This document shows, in pieces, positions 30,378-39,392 of a DNA stretch of 64,000 bases. The stretch lies in NCBI GenBank assembly GCA_965227775.1, contig OZ245777.1, forward strand, positions 1,472,001-1,536,000, read 5' to 3'. Made by a program: the position numbers and the translations under genes. Below the pieces are notes generated by a model. It made no database searches. It was not told the DNA's origin and saw only the letters and a program-made list of their open reading frames with translations. Source of the stretch: Phycisphaerales bacterium. Lineage in GTDB: Bacteria > Planctomycetota > Phycisphaerae > Phycisphaerales > UBA1924. Within the stretch, counting starts at the first letter, position 1. The number at the start of each line of letters is the position of its first letter.

Positions 30378-32147
30378 TTAGCGATCCGGGCGGGGTGCTA
30401 CGCGGTGCATGCCGGGCGCCACGCTCTCGAGCACTGTGGTTGAGCCGGCCTCGTCGGGCCACGTGATCTCGATCCGGCTTGCTCCCTCTGGGCCCGCAGG
30501 AAAGTGCAGCGCGAGCGTTCCTTGTTTGCCCTGATGGCCCCCGGCGCCGACCACTTGGGCGACCAGCGTGCGCGGTCGTCCATCGATCATGGTTGTGGCG
30601 CGTACCACCGCCCCGATGGCATCACAGTTGGCGATTCCCTCACCAGAGAGCCGCAACACGACCGCGGTGCGTCCGAGCGTATCGGCAGCCCGATTCTCGA
30701 ACAGGCGCACCCGCGGTGTCCGCCCCGCGCGCAGAGCCGCGCCTAGGCGGTTAAACCCCTGCCCAACGGCGATGTCCAGATCGCCGTCACCATCGAAGTC
30801 GAGCAGGGCCGGCTGGCCCGCGCCGATGTGGTCGATCCCAACCCAACTGGTGATGTCGACGAGCGAGCCGTCGGTCTGCTGCCGCCAGATGCGCAACCGC
30901 TGGTTGTCGGGGTAGTCGCTCGAGCATACGAGCACGTCGAGGCGGCCGTCCAGGTCAAAGTCGGCGAGTGCACCGTAGATATCGCCCTGGTTCCAACTCC
31001 GGATGGAAGGGTCCTGCGGCGCTCGATCGAGCGATATCGAGTCTTGCGTGACGAACATGGGCCCGGCGAAACCATCGCGACGCAGTAGCACCCGCGAAGG
31101 GTCGCTGCTCTCGCCGGCCCAGCCGTGCGTGATCTCAGTCAGGAGCACGTCGAACGCGCCATCCCCATCGATGTCACCGATGGCCGCATCAAACGTATTG
31201 CCATTCGCGCGAAACGGAGGCTCGTCGTCGCGTGCGAAGCGCGGGTCAGTCTTTGCGCGCTCCTTGAGCCACTCCGGATGCCGCCCGTGGCGGATGGCGT
31301 CGCCGTCGAGCTTCGTCTCAATGGCATTGTCTGACCACGCTCCATCGTCCCCGCGCACCCACAGGCGATTCCATCGCCTTCCATAATTGAGCTCGAGGAC
31401 TTGTGGCCAGTTGCCCGCGGCTCCGTCTCCCAGCACGTGCGCCACCAAGACCCCGTACGTCGGCCGCCCGCCCGCGTCGGCTTCTGTGTCAAACCCGACC
31501 CCATCCACAGGCAGGGCCATCCGGGCAAACGAGCCGTTCTCCTGCTGAAGGAGAACGTCGTTCGCAAACCCCTCAAAGCCCGCACCATACTTTGTGTACC
31601 ACTGGCCCAGCACCAGGTCGAGCCTGCCGTCGAGGTTCACGTCGCCTACCGCGACCGACGCCGTGGTGCCCGCAGTCGCCGCCTCGATCTCGGTGAACGA
31701 GCCGCGCGGCGTTCCGAAGGTGCCATCGCCGTTGCCCCGCAGCCAGGCCAGCTTCTGGGGCGTGCCGGGCTCCGGCGGCGCATAGTCGTCGTTGTTGACG
31801 TCGAGCGAACGAGCCACGATCGCGTCGCTCGTGCCGTCGTTGTCGAGGTCGGCGAACACCACCACATCGCCCCGGCGGTGGGGGGGAAGCCCGGCACGTT
31901 CGAGTTCTTCGAATACCCGTGAGCCATCTTCGGCTGCTCGATTCATGAACACTCTCGTGCGTCCGATGATGAGATCATCGAAGCCGTCACCGTCCAGGTC
32001 AGCGGCGCACACGTGGGCGGCGCTGATGGGCGCATCTTCGGCTTCGAGCCCCACGCGAGACGTGGCGTCCACGAATCGAAGCTGGGCGTGGGCGAGCGGA
32101 CTGGCAGCAACCGCAACGGCGAGCCCTGCCGCCAGTCGCACACGCAT
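30378..32147 (-). CDS. Secreted FG-GAP repeat protein, CRTAC1/ASPIC-UnbV family
   Basis: Signal peptide ending AHA; FVDATSRVGL; repeated DLDGDG/DLDNDG/DFDLDGRLD; C-terminal NCDAIGAVV...QVVGAGGHQGKQ..LHF...IEITWPD; start 32147 or 32168. Confidence 0.82.
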   Translation of the reverse strand: MRVRLAAGLAVAVAASPLAHAQLRFVDATSRVGLEAEDAPISAAHVCAADLDGDGFDDLIIGRTRVFMNRAAEDGSRVFEELERAGLPPHRRGDVVVFADLDNDGTSDAIVARSLDVNNDDYAPPEPGTPQKLAWLRGNGDGTFGTPRGSFTEIEAATAGTTASVAVGDVNLDGRLDLVLGQWYTKYGAGFEGFANDVLLQQENGSFARMALPVDGVGFDTEADAGGRPTYGVLVAHVLGDGAAGNWPQVLELNYGRRWNRLWVRGDDGAWSDNAIETKLDGDAIRHGRHPEWLKERAKTDPRFARDDEPPFRANGNTFDAAIGDIDGDGAFDVLLTEITHGWAGESSDPSRVLLRRDGFAGPMFVTQDSISLDRAPQDPSIRSWNQGDIYGALADFDLDGRLDVLVCSSDYPDNQRLRIWRQQTDGSLVDITSWVGIDHIGAGQPALLDFDGDGDLDIAVGQGFNRLGAALRAGRTPRVRLFENRAADTLGRTAVVLRLSGEGIANCDAIGAVVRATTMIDGRPRTLVAQVVGAGGHQGKQGTLALHFPAGPEGASRIEITWPDEAGSTTVLESVAPGMHRVAPRPDR

Positions 32148-32189
32148 AGGTGCAGGGTAATGTCGCATGCGGCATGGTACCGCGCTGAT

Positions 32190-33020
32190 TCAGCTATCGG
32201 GAGAGTTGATCCAGCCGTACTCCTGGCCGCGATCGGTGATCTTCCACCAGTCGGCCTTGCCGTTGTTCACGCGTGCGTAGATGCAGTTGGCGGTAAAGTC
32301 GTCTCGCTCCTCGACGCGCTCGCCGCGAGGCCCCTTCTCGAACTTGGTGATCTCGACCACACCGTCGGCATACAGCACATGGCCGCCCTTGTCGTGGCGA
32401 TCGGTGATCTGGTCGAGGTTGCCCCAGTAGCCCTCGGTGAACTGCTGGTTGTAGAACCACACGCTCTCCTCGATGTAGACCGGCACCGCCCGCATCGCCG
32501 TGAGTCGGCTCTCGCCTGAATCCGACGTCATGCGGATCGGCTTGCTCGTCCGCACGTCGGTCAGCCGCGCGACCTGCACCTCCTGGCCAAGGCGATACCC
32601 CTGCACCTCATCGAACATGGTGTAGTCGAAGTTGAGGTCAGTAAACGAGCCGTAGAGCGTGCCGCTGCTGCGCCCGTCGCCCGAACGACGCTTGTTCTTC
32701 GGGCAGCCGCAGATCTCGTGGGCGTCCTCCACGTAGTCGAAGATCACGCCTGGATCCGACCGATCGATCGCTCCACGGTTGTCGCGACCGAATGCCCAAT
32801 CCTCGGCCGGCCACAACTGCTCCTTGTAGTCGTTGGAGTAGACCGTCATCGCCACGCCCATCTGCCGCAGATTCTGCGCGCAGATCGTCGTGTGGGCGAG
32901 GTCGCGGGCTCCTGCCAGACTCGGGATCAGGATGCCAATCAGGACGGCGATGATCGCGATCACGACCAGCAACTCGATCAGCGTGAATGCACGGCAGCAG
33001 CATTTAGTCTTAGGGGTCAC
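32190..33020 (-). CDS. Prepilin-type N-terminal cleavage/methylation protein with H-X9-DG motif (planctomycete DUF1559-like)
   Basis: RAFTLIELLVVIAIIAVLIGILIPSL..AR, CAQNLRQMG, C-terminal RHDKGGHVLYADG. Confidence 0.88.
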   Translation of the reverse strand: MTPKTKCCCRAFTLIELLVVIAIIAVLIGILIPSLAGARDLAHTTICAQNLRQMGVAMTVYSNDYKEQLWPAEDWAFGRDNRGAIDRSDPGVIFDYVEDAHEICGCPKNKRRSGDGRSSGTLYGSFTDLNFDYTMFDEVQGYRLGQEVQVARLTDVRTSKPIRMTSDSGESRLTAMRAVPVYIEESVWFYNQQFTEGYWGNLDQITDRHDKGGHVLYADGVVEITKFEKGPRGERVEERDDFTANCIYARVNNGKADWWKITDRGQEYGWINSPDS

Positions 33021-33169
33021 CCCAGCAGTATAACGACGAACGCGTATCCGGCAAACCCGATTTCGCGGGCCAGTTTCTTCGGCCTCGCCTCCAAGATCGG
33101 GTGCGAGATCTGGCGTCGTCCGAGTACGCTACCGGTGTTGCGGGGCACACCATTTGAGAGGAGATTGTC

Positions 33170-33997
33170 ATGAAGCTCGCATTGATGCTTGCTGGAACGG
33201 CGTCGCTGGCCGCAATCACGTCGGCACAGGCCCAGATCCTCGTCTATGACGAGAACAGCCGCAATAGCTACGCGCTCAACGCCGCCGAATTCGTGCGGCC
33301 GGGTGATGTCGTTCGCGCACGAGCCGGCGACTTCGGTGCCCTGCTCGACAGCCAGGACTGGGAACTCGTAGTCATGGACTACCCCAGCACGAGGCCCGCG
33401 TCCGGTACCGACGTCCTGGTCGACTATGTGAACGATGGTGGCCTGGTCATCCTTTCGACATGGTTCTCCATCTACAGCGAGACGCCCGGACTGTTCGAGG
33501 CCTTCGGTGCTACAGGCGGTGTCAGCATCTCGCTCGGAACGAATTTCGTCGACACCACCGGAACTGCGGCGGCCGATCAGGTCTTCGACGGTGTCACGAT
33601 GCCCTGGTTCGATTGGATCGCAGCGTGGGGCAGCGATGGCGTGGCGTTCGACGTCTTGCCCGAGACCGAGGAACTCGCCACCGTGAGCGATGCGTCCGGG
33701 CCCGTGAAGATCTTGGCCAACGAGGGACGCACCATCGCGACCTTCCTCTTGGACGTGTGGGATGGAAGCGGCGAGGCCGAGGCCGTCTGGGAAAACATGA
33801 TGAACCTCGTGCTCGAAGGAGCACCCAGCTGCCGTGTCGACCTGGACATGGATGGCAGCCTGACCATCTTCGACTTCTTGAGGTTCCAGAACCTCTTCGA
33901 CGACGGCGATCTGCTGGCTGACTTCGACGGCGATGGCGACCTGACCATCTTCGACTTCCTCGCTTTCCAGAACGAGTTCGACATCGGCTGCGACTAG
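33170..33997 (+). CDS. Secreted protein with C-terminal GC-type dockerin domain
   Basis: Signal peptide (AQA); C-terminal CRVDLDMDGSLTIFDFLRFQNLF..DFDGDGDLTIFDFLAFQNEFDIGCD; GAGGAG SD. Confidence 0.85.
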   Translation: MKLALMLAGTASLAAITSAQAQILVYDENSRNSYALNAAEFVRPGDVVRARAGDFGALLDSQDWELVVMDYPSTRPASGTDVLVDYVNDGGLVILSTWFSIYSETPGLFEAFGATGGVSISLGTNFVDTTGTAAADQVFDGVTMPWFDWIAAWGSDGVAFDVLPETEELATVSDASGPVKILANEGRTIATFLLDVWDGSGEAEAVWENMMNLVLEGAPSCRVDLDMDGSLTIFDFLRFQNLFDDGDLLADFDGDGDLTIFDFLAFQNEFDIGCD

Positions 33998-34031
33998 CCG
34001 GCCGGCATCACCGACCGAGAACCCGCTCGCG

Positions 34032-34080
34032 AACGCCCAGACCGCGCCACCCCGTCAGGCGGCCCGGCTGGGCGTTGTTT
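34032..34080 (+). terminator. Stem-loop, possible terminator
   Basis: AACGCCCAG / CTGGGCGTT inverted repeat followed by GTTT. Confidence 0.45.
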
Positions 34081-34130
34081 GCGTGGCATCCGGTGCGTCT
34101 CCAATCGATGCTCATTGCGGAGGAGCCACC

Positions 34131-34637
34131 ATGCCACCCACGCCCGCTCGCACCGCGGCCCCGACAATCCGGACCAGACATGCCTTCACGCTCGTCGAGA
34201 TCCTCATCGTGGTGGTCATCCTCGGCATCCTCGCGGCCATCGTCATGCCGCAGGCAGCCAATGCCATGGGCAACACTCGGCAGACCGCATTCGTACGCGA
34301 GATCCAGCTCTTCACCGACGCCGCGGTCATCCACCGCTCGCAGACGGGATTTTGGATCGGCGACGGGGGCTCGGGCACCATTCCCGACGGCTTCGAGGAC
34401 TTCATCGATCCCGCGTCGTACGAGAACGGCACACCCATCGACGGCGTGTGGGACACCGAGACCCGGCCCGACTACGACCTCACGCTCGGGATCGGCGTGC
34501 ACTTCAACGATGCCAGCGAGCGGAAGGACGCCGCCTACATGGCCCAGGTTGACGCGATCTTCGACGATGGCGACCTTGCTACCGGTGGATTCCAGCAGTT
34601 TGCCAGCGACCGGTTCTACTTCATCGTCGAGTACTAG
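34131..34637 (+). CDS. Prepilin-type (type II secretion/type IV pilin-like) protein
   Basis: HAFTLVEILIVVVILGILAAIVMP; GGAGGAG SD before ATG 34131. Confidence 0.85.
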   Translation: MPPTPARTAAPTIRTRHAFTLVEILIVVVILGILAAIVMPQAANAMGNTRQTAFVREIQLFTDAAVIHRSQTGFWIGDGGSGTIPDGFEDFIDPASYENGTPIDGVWDTETRPDYDLTLGIGVHFNDASERKDAAYMAQVDAIFDDGDLATGGFQQFASDRFYFIVEY

Positions 34638-34833
34638 TGCACGGGGACGACCGACCGATGGGTTACACCGGCCGGCCGCCCCGCTCTCCCTCGGATCACT
34701 GACGCAGCCGCCACGCGGTCGGCCGAGCCGCGCGACAACATGTTCCTCCCGCCCGGGAGCGAGAAACCACCGCGTCGCTCACGCGACAATCCAAAAAAAA
34801 GTTGCCTGGCCGTGAGTCGGCCGAACCCATCCC

Positions 34834-36231
34834 TTACCAGACCGTGACTGCGGCCTTTTGGAAGGGGTAGATCGAGCCCAGGCCGAGGATCCCCGTGAGC
34901 TCGTCGAGGGCCGATCGGCACTCTTCTAGGAGTTCGGGATCGGCCAGGTCGGCCGGCGTCAGCGTCTCGCGATAGTGCCGTTCGATCCAGCCCTCGAGCT
35001 TCTGGCCGAGCTCATCGCTCAGCAGCACGCCCTGGCGCATCGCGGCCAGGTCGGCCGGGCCCAGCACAACCCGCAGCCGAAGGCATGCGGGCCCGCCGCC
35101 GTTCTGCATGCTCTCACGCACGTCGACGTAATGGACCGCCCCGATGGGGTTCGAGCCGTCGGCGACGATCCGGTCGATTGCCGCGACTACGCGGGGCTCG
35201 TCTTCGCAATCGGTCGGGGCGATGATCGCCATCGATCCGTCGGGCAGCGTCACGAGCTGGCTGTTGAACAGGTACCGCTTCACGGCCACCTCGATCGGTA
35301 CCTCGTCGGCCCCGACCTCGATGAACACCGGCTCGAAACTCAGTCCGGCGCACGCCCGCCTTACGTCGTCGTACGTCGCCTGCTTGTCGGCAAACGCGAG
35401 CTCATGGGCGAGCAGCACGGGCCCATTACCCACGGCGATCACGTCGTTGTGGAACACGCCCGCGTCGATCGCCTCGGGGTGCTGCCGCGCGAACACGACA
35501 CGGTCGGCGTTGAGGCCGTGTAGCCTCGCGACTGCCTGGCAGGACTCGAGCGTCTGCCGGGCGGGGAATCGCTGCGGCAGGCCGTCGACGCGCTCGTTCT
35601 CCCGCCACCTGCCATAGACGAACAACTCGACACCCGCATCGCCGTGCGTGGGCGCAAGACGCGTGTGGTTCGCGGCGCCCTCGTCGGCGAAGTCGGGCGT
35701 GTGCGGCAGCGCTTCATGTACGACGAATCGGCTCTCATCATCAAAGATCGTGCGCAACGTGCGGGTCGTCTGCGGCGCCTCGATGGCCCGGTGCGCGTTG
35801 GTGACGAGGTTCGCCGTCGTCATGTGCAAGCGGCCATCGGTGGTATCCGCGGCCGGCGAGACCGTGGCGGCGTTCGCAGCCCACATGCTGCTCGAACTGC
35901 ACGCCGAGGCCAGCAATCGCGGCGCCTCGTGCGCAGCCCGCGTGATGACTTCGGCATCCTCACTGCCAAGCACGCCGACGGCGCGCAGGAACGCCACATC
36001 GGGCCTGACCTGTGGCGGAAGCACGCCCTGCGTGAGCCCGAGCGATCGGAGCGTGCGCATCTTCTGAAGGCCCTGGAGCGCGGCTCGCCTCGGGTGGGCC
36101 ACGTGCCCAGCGTGCTCGGCGCTCAGCAGATTGCCGTGGGCCAGCCCCGCGTAGTTGTGCGTCGGGCCTACAAGGCTGTCGAAGTTGGCTTCCACCGTGC
36201 TGGTGGCCGTCTGTTGGGGCGTGCTGGCCAT
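34834..36231 (-). CDS. astB: N-succinylarginine dihydrolase
   Basis: EANFDSLVGPTHNYAGL, SSSSMWAANAATVSP, DEGAANHTRL, FPARQT, GVFHNDVIAVGN, YLFNSQL, SMQNGGGPACLRLRV. Confidence 0.95.
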   Translation of the reverse strand: MASTPQQTATSTVEANFDSLVGPTHNYAGLAHGNLLSAEHAGHVAHPRRAALQGLQKMRTLRSLGLTQGVLPPQVRPDVAFLRAVGVLGSEDAEVITRAAHEAPRLLASACSSSSMWAANAATVSPAADTTDGRLHMTTANLVTNAHRAIEAPQTTRTLRTIFDDESRFVVHEALPHTPDFADEGAANHTRLAPTHGDAGVELFVYGRWRENERVDGLPQRFPARQTLESCQAVARLHGLNADRVVFARQHPEAIDAGVFHNDVIAVGNGPVLLAHELAFADKQATYDDVRRACAGLSFEPVFIEVGADEVPIEVAVKRYLFNSQLVTLPDGSMAIIAPTDCEDEPRVVAAIDRIVADGSNPIGAVHYVDVRESMQNGGGPACLRLRVVLGPADLAAMRQGVLLSDELGQKLEGWIERHYRETLTPADLADPELLEECRSALDELTGILGLGSIYPFQKAAVTVW

Positions 36232-36263
36232 CGGTGATTGTTGGGGGTCATCACCCCAATCGC

Positions 36264-36292
36264 TTGGCCGGCGGGCACTTTTGACCTATCCT
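36264..36292 (+). promoter_or_regulatory. Putative sigma70-type promoter of tRNA-Glu
   Basis: TTGGCC-N17-TATCCT, 16 nt upstream of the tRNA. Confidence 0.5.
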
Positions 36293-36308
36293 CAGCCTCG
36301 TCCACGGC

Positions 36309-36381
36309 GGCCCCATCGTCTAGTGGTTTAGGACACCGCCCTTTCACGGCGGCGACCCGGGTTCGAATCCCGGTGGGGTCA
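36309..36381 (+). tRNA. tRNA-Glu (anticodon TTC); CCA not encoded
   Basis: Acceptor stem GGCCCCA/TGGGGTC, D-arm GTCTAGTGGTTTAGGAC, anticodon arm CCGCC-CTTTCAC-GGCGG, T-arm CCGGG-TTCGAAT-CCCGG. Confidence 0.96.
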
Positions 36382-36583
36382 TTCCCTTATTCTCCCCGCT
36401 GTATTGATCCTCCTGCAGGTGGCGTTCGAGCCACCCGCAGAATGAGGCCTGATTCACTGCGTCGTCACGGCTGGTTCAGTGGCGCGGTGGAAGCTACATG
36501 GTGAAACGTCGCCCGCTGCGTCAAGCCCCGTGTGGGGCTCGCCACGAGCGAAGTGCACGACCTCGACGAAGGAGTGCCGAACC

Positions 36584-37822
36584 ATGAGCTTCCAAAACAC
36601 CAACGCCGGCAAGAAGCGCAAAGCAGTTCTGACAGTCGCCGCTGCCACCGGCCTAGCCCTGTCAACAGCATCGCTGGCTGCCGCCATCGCTCAAGATCGC
36701 GCAACCCGCGGCCATGAGCAAGGCCGGGAGCACCAGCTGGACCGCTCGTACCACTTTCAATCCGCCGATGCGATCCTGGGCAAGCCGCTCACCAACCGCA
36801 GCGGCGAGGAACTCGGCACCATCGATGACCTGATCATCGATCGCGGCACCGGCCGGATCGAGGCCTTGGTCATCCGCGAGGGCGGCTTCCTGGGCTTCGG
36901 CGGCACCCATGTGTCGATCCCGTTCGAGGCGTTCTTTGTCGACAGGGAGAACGCGAGCCTCACCCTCAACGCCAGCGACGACATGCTCGAGGCTAAGGAC
37001 GATGTGCTGCCCCAGGGGTGGCGTCGCCTGAACGATGGGTGGGAACGCGAGCTCATTATGCTCGCCGAATCTCAGCAAGTGCTCCGTCAGGAACTACCCG
37101 CCGCCGACAGGGGTGCCGAGATCCAGACTATTTCCGGCACCATCACCAAAATCGAGCGCATTGATCTGAACGAAGACCGTCACTGGCTGCACATCGAGAT
37201 CGGTGAGTCCGCCGACATGCGGCGAAACGGCGAGCGAGTGTGGAGCGAGGGTAAGTGGGTCGTTCTCGGCCCAGCGTGGTACTGCACTGGCGGAGACACG
37301 CCGCCCGTGCGCGGCCAGCGCATCGAGGTCGAAGCCTTCTTGGGCAACGACGGCCAGATGTTCGCCAAGGCCGCGACTTTCGATGGCGTCCGTGTTGGCT
37401 ACCGCACCGACGACCTCGAGCCCTTGTGGACCGATCGCGGCATGCGCTCCGACAGCCAGCGCAGCCCTGGCCCCATGGTGCTGCTGACAAACCTGATCGA
37501 CGAACGCGTTATCTGGGGCCAGACAGACGAGGTCGTCGGCGAAGTCTCTGATGCGTACCTCGAGCTCACCACCGGCCATGTGGCGGTACTGGCTGTCGAT
37601 GTCAACGGCGACTGGTGGGGTCAGGGTGAGGGCCCGCGTGGCATCCCGTTCGACATCGCCCGCATCGGTCGAGACGCGGTGAAGCTCGACGCCACAGATG
37701 CCATGCTGGACGGTGCCGAGGTGCTGCGGGAGGATCCGTCGGTTCTCCGTCAGCGGCAGTACCGCGAGCGGATGTTCTTGGTGTTTGAGGTCCAGCCGCC
37801 CGAATTCGTGGCCCGCCGCTAG
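36584..37822 (+). CDS. Secreted PRC-barrel domain protein (two PRC barrels around an OB-fold-like domain)
   Basis: ILGKPLTNRSGEELGTIDDLIIDRGTGRI...GGFLGFG..VSIPF; second barrel VVGEVSDAYLELTTGHVA; central VLGPAWY; AAGGAG SD. Confidence 0.8.
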   Translation: MSFQNTNAGKKRKAVLTVAAATGLALSTASLAAAIAQDRATRGHEQGREHQLDRSYHFQSADAILGKPLTNRSGEELGTIDDLIIDRGTGRIEALVIREGGFLGFGGTHVSIPFEAFFVDRENASLTLNASDDMLEAKDDVLPQGWRRLNDGWERELIMLAESQQVLRQELPAADRGAEIQTISGTITKIERIDLNEDRHWLHIEIGESADMRRNGERVWSEGKWVVLGPAWYCTGGDTPPVRGQRIEVEAFLGNDGQMFAKAATFDGVRVGYRTDDLEPLWTDRGMRSDSQRSPGPMVLLTNLIDERVIWGQTDEVVGEVSDAYLELTTGHVAVLAVDVNGDWWGQGEGPRGIPFDIARIGRDAVKLDATDAMLDGAEVLREDPSVLRQRQYRERMFLVFEVQPPEFVARR

Positions 37823-37993
37823 TCGCCAACGACCGCAAACCCTGTCGTTTGCGCAAGTTGGAGGGGCTCGGGCCCGAGAACGAAGCCCGCGGGCCTCTTT
37901 CGCTTCGCTTTGCGGAGAGAAGACGGGGCGGCCGACGATACAATGGTGTCGCGGGCGGGATGGCCGTCGCCCGTGAAGGAACCCAGGGCGACC

Positions 37994-39391
37994 ATGAGCG
38001 ATTGGATCGACGCCGAGGCCCATGTCGAGCGGGCCCACGATCTATACGAAGCCGGCCGTTGGGCCGAAGCCGCAGCCGCGCTCCGCGAGGCCATCGCCCT
38101 TAATCCCTACCAGCCCGACTGGCTCTTCAACCTCGGCGTCGCGCTCGAAGCTGACGGCCGATACGAAGAAGCCGCGTCAGCCTTTGGCGAGAGCTACCAG
38201 CTCCGCTCGGGTGACTTCAACGCCGCCATGGCCGCCGGTGTGAACCTCGTTCGCGCTGGCAAGGTCCGCCAGGCGCTCGGCTGGTTCGATAAGGCCGAGA
38301 CCGCCGAGCCCGGCGAGACGTACCCCGCCATCGCCCGCATCGAGGCGCATGCTGAGCTTGGCGAGCACGACGAAGCCGAGCTCGCGTTCTACATGCTCCA
38401 GCAGCGCAAGCCCGACTGTGCCGAGGCATATTCTGCCATCGCCGCCAGTCTCCTGGCCCGCGGGCTGCACGACCGCGCCGTGTGGTGCCTGCGTGAGGCG
38501 GCCCGCCTCGACGCAGACCTTCCTGGCGTGCAGGCCAAGCTGGCAGAGGCCTACTGGCAGACCGGCCGCCACGAACGCGCCCGCCAGCTCTTCCTCATCG
38601 AGCTGCGCGAGGACCCCGGCGACGTCGGCGTGCTCATGAGCCTGGGTCGGTTGCTTGTTGAAATGCGTCGCCTCGACGAGGCCCGCGAGAAGTTCGGCCG
38701 CGTGCTCGAGCTCGAGCCTGACCACGCCGAAGCGCACGCCGAGCTCGGCTTCCTGCACGAGAAGCGCGGCGAGCCGACCAAGGCCGTCGTGCACCTCGAC
38801 GTCGCCCGCCGGCTCGAGCCCGACAACGGCCGAGTCACGCGCCGGCTCGCGCGCCTCTTGCTTGCCTCGCCCAAGAACGAAGACCGCCAGCGCACCGTCG
38901 AATTGCTCGAGGCCGAGGTCGAGCGCCTCCGCCGCGCCGCCGAGGGACAGGAAGACGACGAGCGTTCGGCCGACGGTGCGGCCCTTGCCGAGCTCGGCGA
39001 GCTCTTGATCGACGCCGGTGCGCAGGCGCAGGCCATCCGCGTGCTGAGCCGGGCGGTGCGCATGCGTCCGCACGATGCCCGTCTCTGGCACTGGCTCGGC
39101 CTCGCGCACTTCCACGCGGGCGATCGGTCGTCGGGTATCGATGCCACGCGTGAGGCCGTCCGGCTCGACCCCCGGTTCGTGCCGGCCATGCACAACATCG
39201 CGCTCGCCCTGCTCCGCGAGGGGCAGTGGTCTCGCGCCCGCTACTGGATCAAGCAGGGCCTCTCGATCGAGCCCGAAGACGCGTCGCTGCGGCGTTTGGA
39301 TGTGCAGCTCAAGCTGCACCGCTTCGGCTGGAGCCTCCACTGGCTCGCTTCGGTCTGGCTGCTCCGCCGCCGGCCGGCCCCGCGAAACTAA
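37994..39391 (+). CDS. Tetratricopeptide repeat protein
   Basis: Multiple TPR-like 34-aa repeats (AIALNPYQPDWLFNLGVAL; VLELEPDHAEAHAELG; AVRLDPRFVPAMHNIA). Confidence 0.88.
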   Translation: MSDWIDAEAHVERAHDLYEAGRWAEAAAALREAIALNPYQPDWLFNLGVALEADGRYEEAASAFGESYQLRSGDFNAAMAAGVNLVRAGKVRQALGWFDKAETAEPGETYPAIARIEAHAELGEHDEAELAFYMLQQRKPDCAEAYSAIAASLLARGLHDRAVWCLREAARLDADLPGVQAKLAEAYWQTGRHERARQLFLIELREDPGDVGVLMSLGRLLVEMRRLDEAREKFGRVLELEPDHAEAHAELGFLHEKRGEPTKAVVHLDVARRLEPDNGRVTRRLARLLLASPKNEDRQRTVELLEAEVERLRRAAEGQEDDERSADGAALAELGELLIDAGAQAQAIRVLSRAVRMRPHDARLWHWLGLAHFHAGDRSSGIDATREAVRLDPRFVPAMHNIALALLREGQWSRARYWIKQGLSIEPEDASLRRLDVQLKLHRFGWSLHWLASVWLLRRRPAPRN

Positions 39392-39392
39392 A

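Noticed and set aside
33048..33080. GGCAAACCC as the start of a c-di-GMP-I riboswitch
   Set aside because: Lacks the GNRA-capped P2 and the GACGCAAAG/P3 elements.
34793..34830. A8 tract as the astB terminator or a phase-variation tract
   Set aside because: Intergenic; the nearest stem (GGCCG/CGGCC) is short and separated from the U-run, so support is too weak.
36309..36381. tRNA-Glu as the attachment site of an integrated element
   Set aside because: No integrase adjacent and no duplicated tRNA 3' end noticed in the window.
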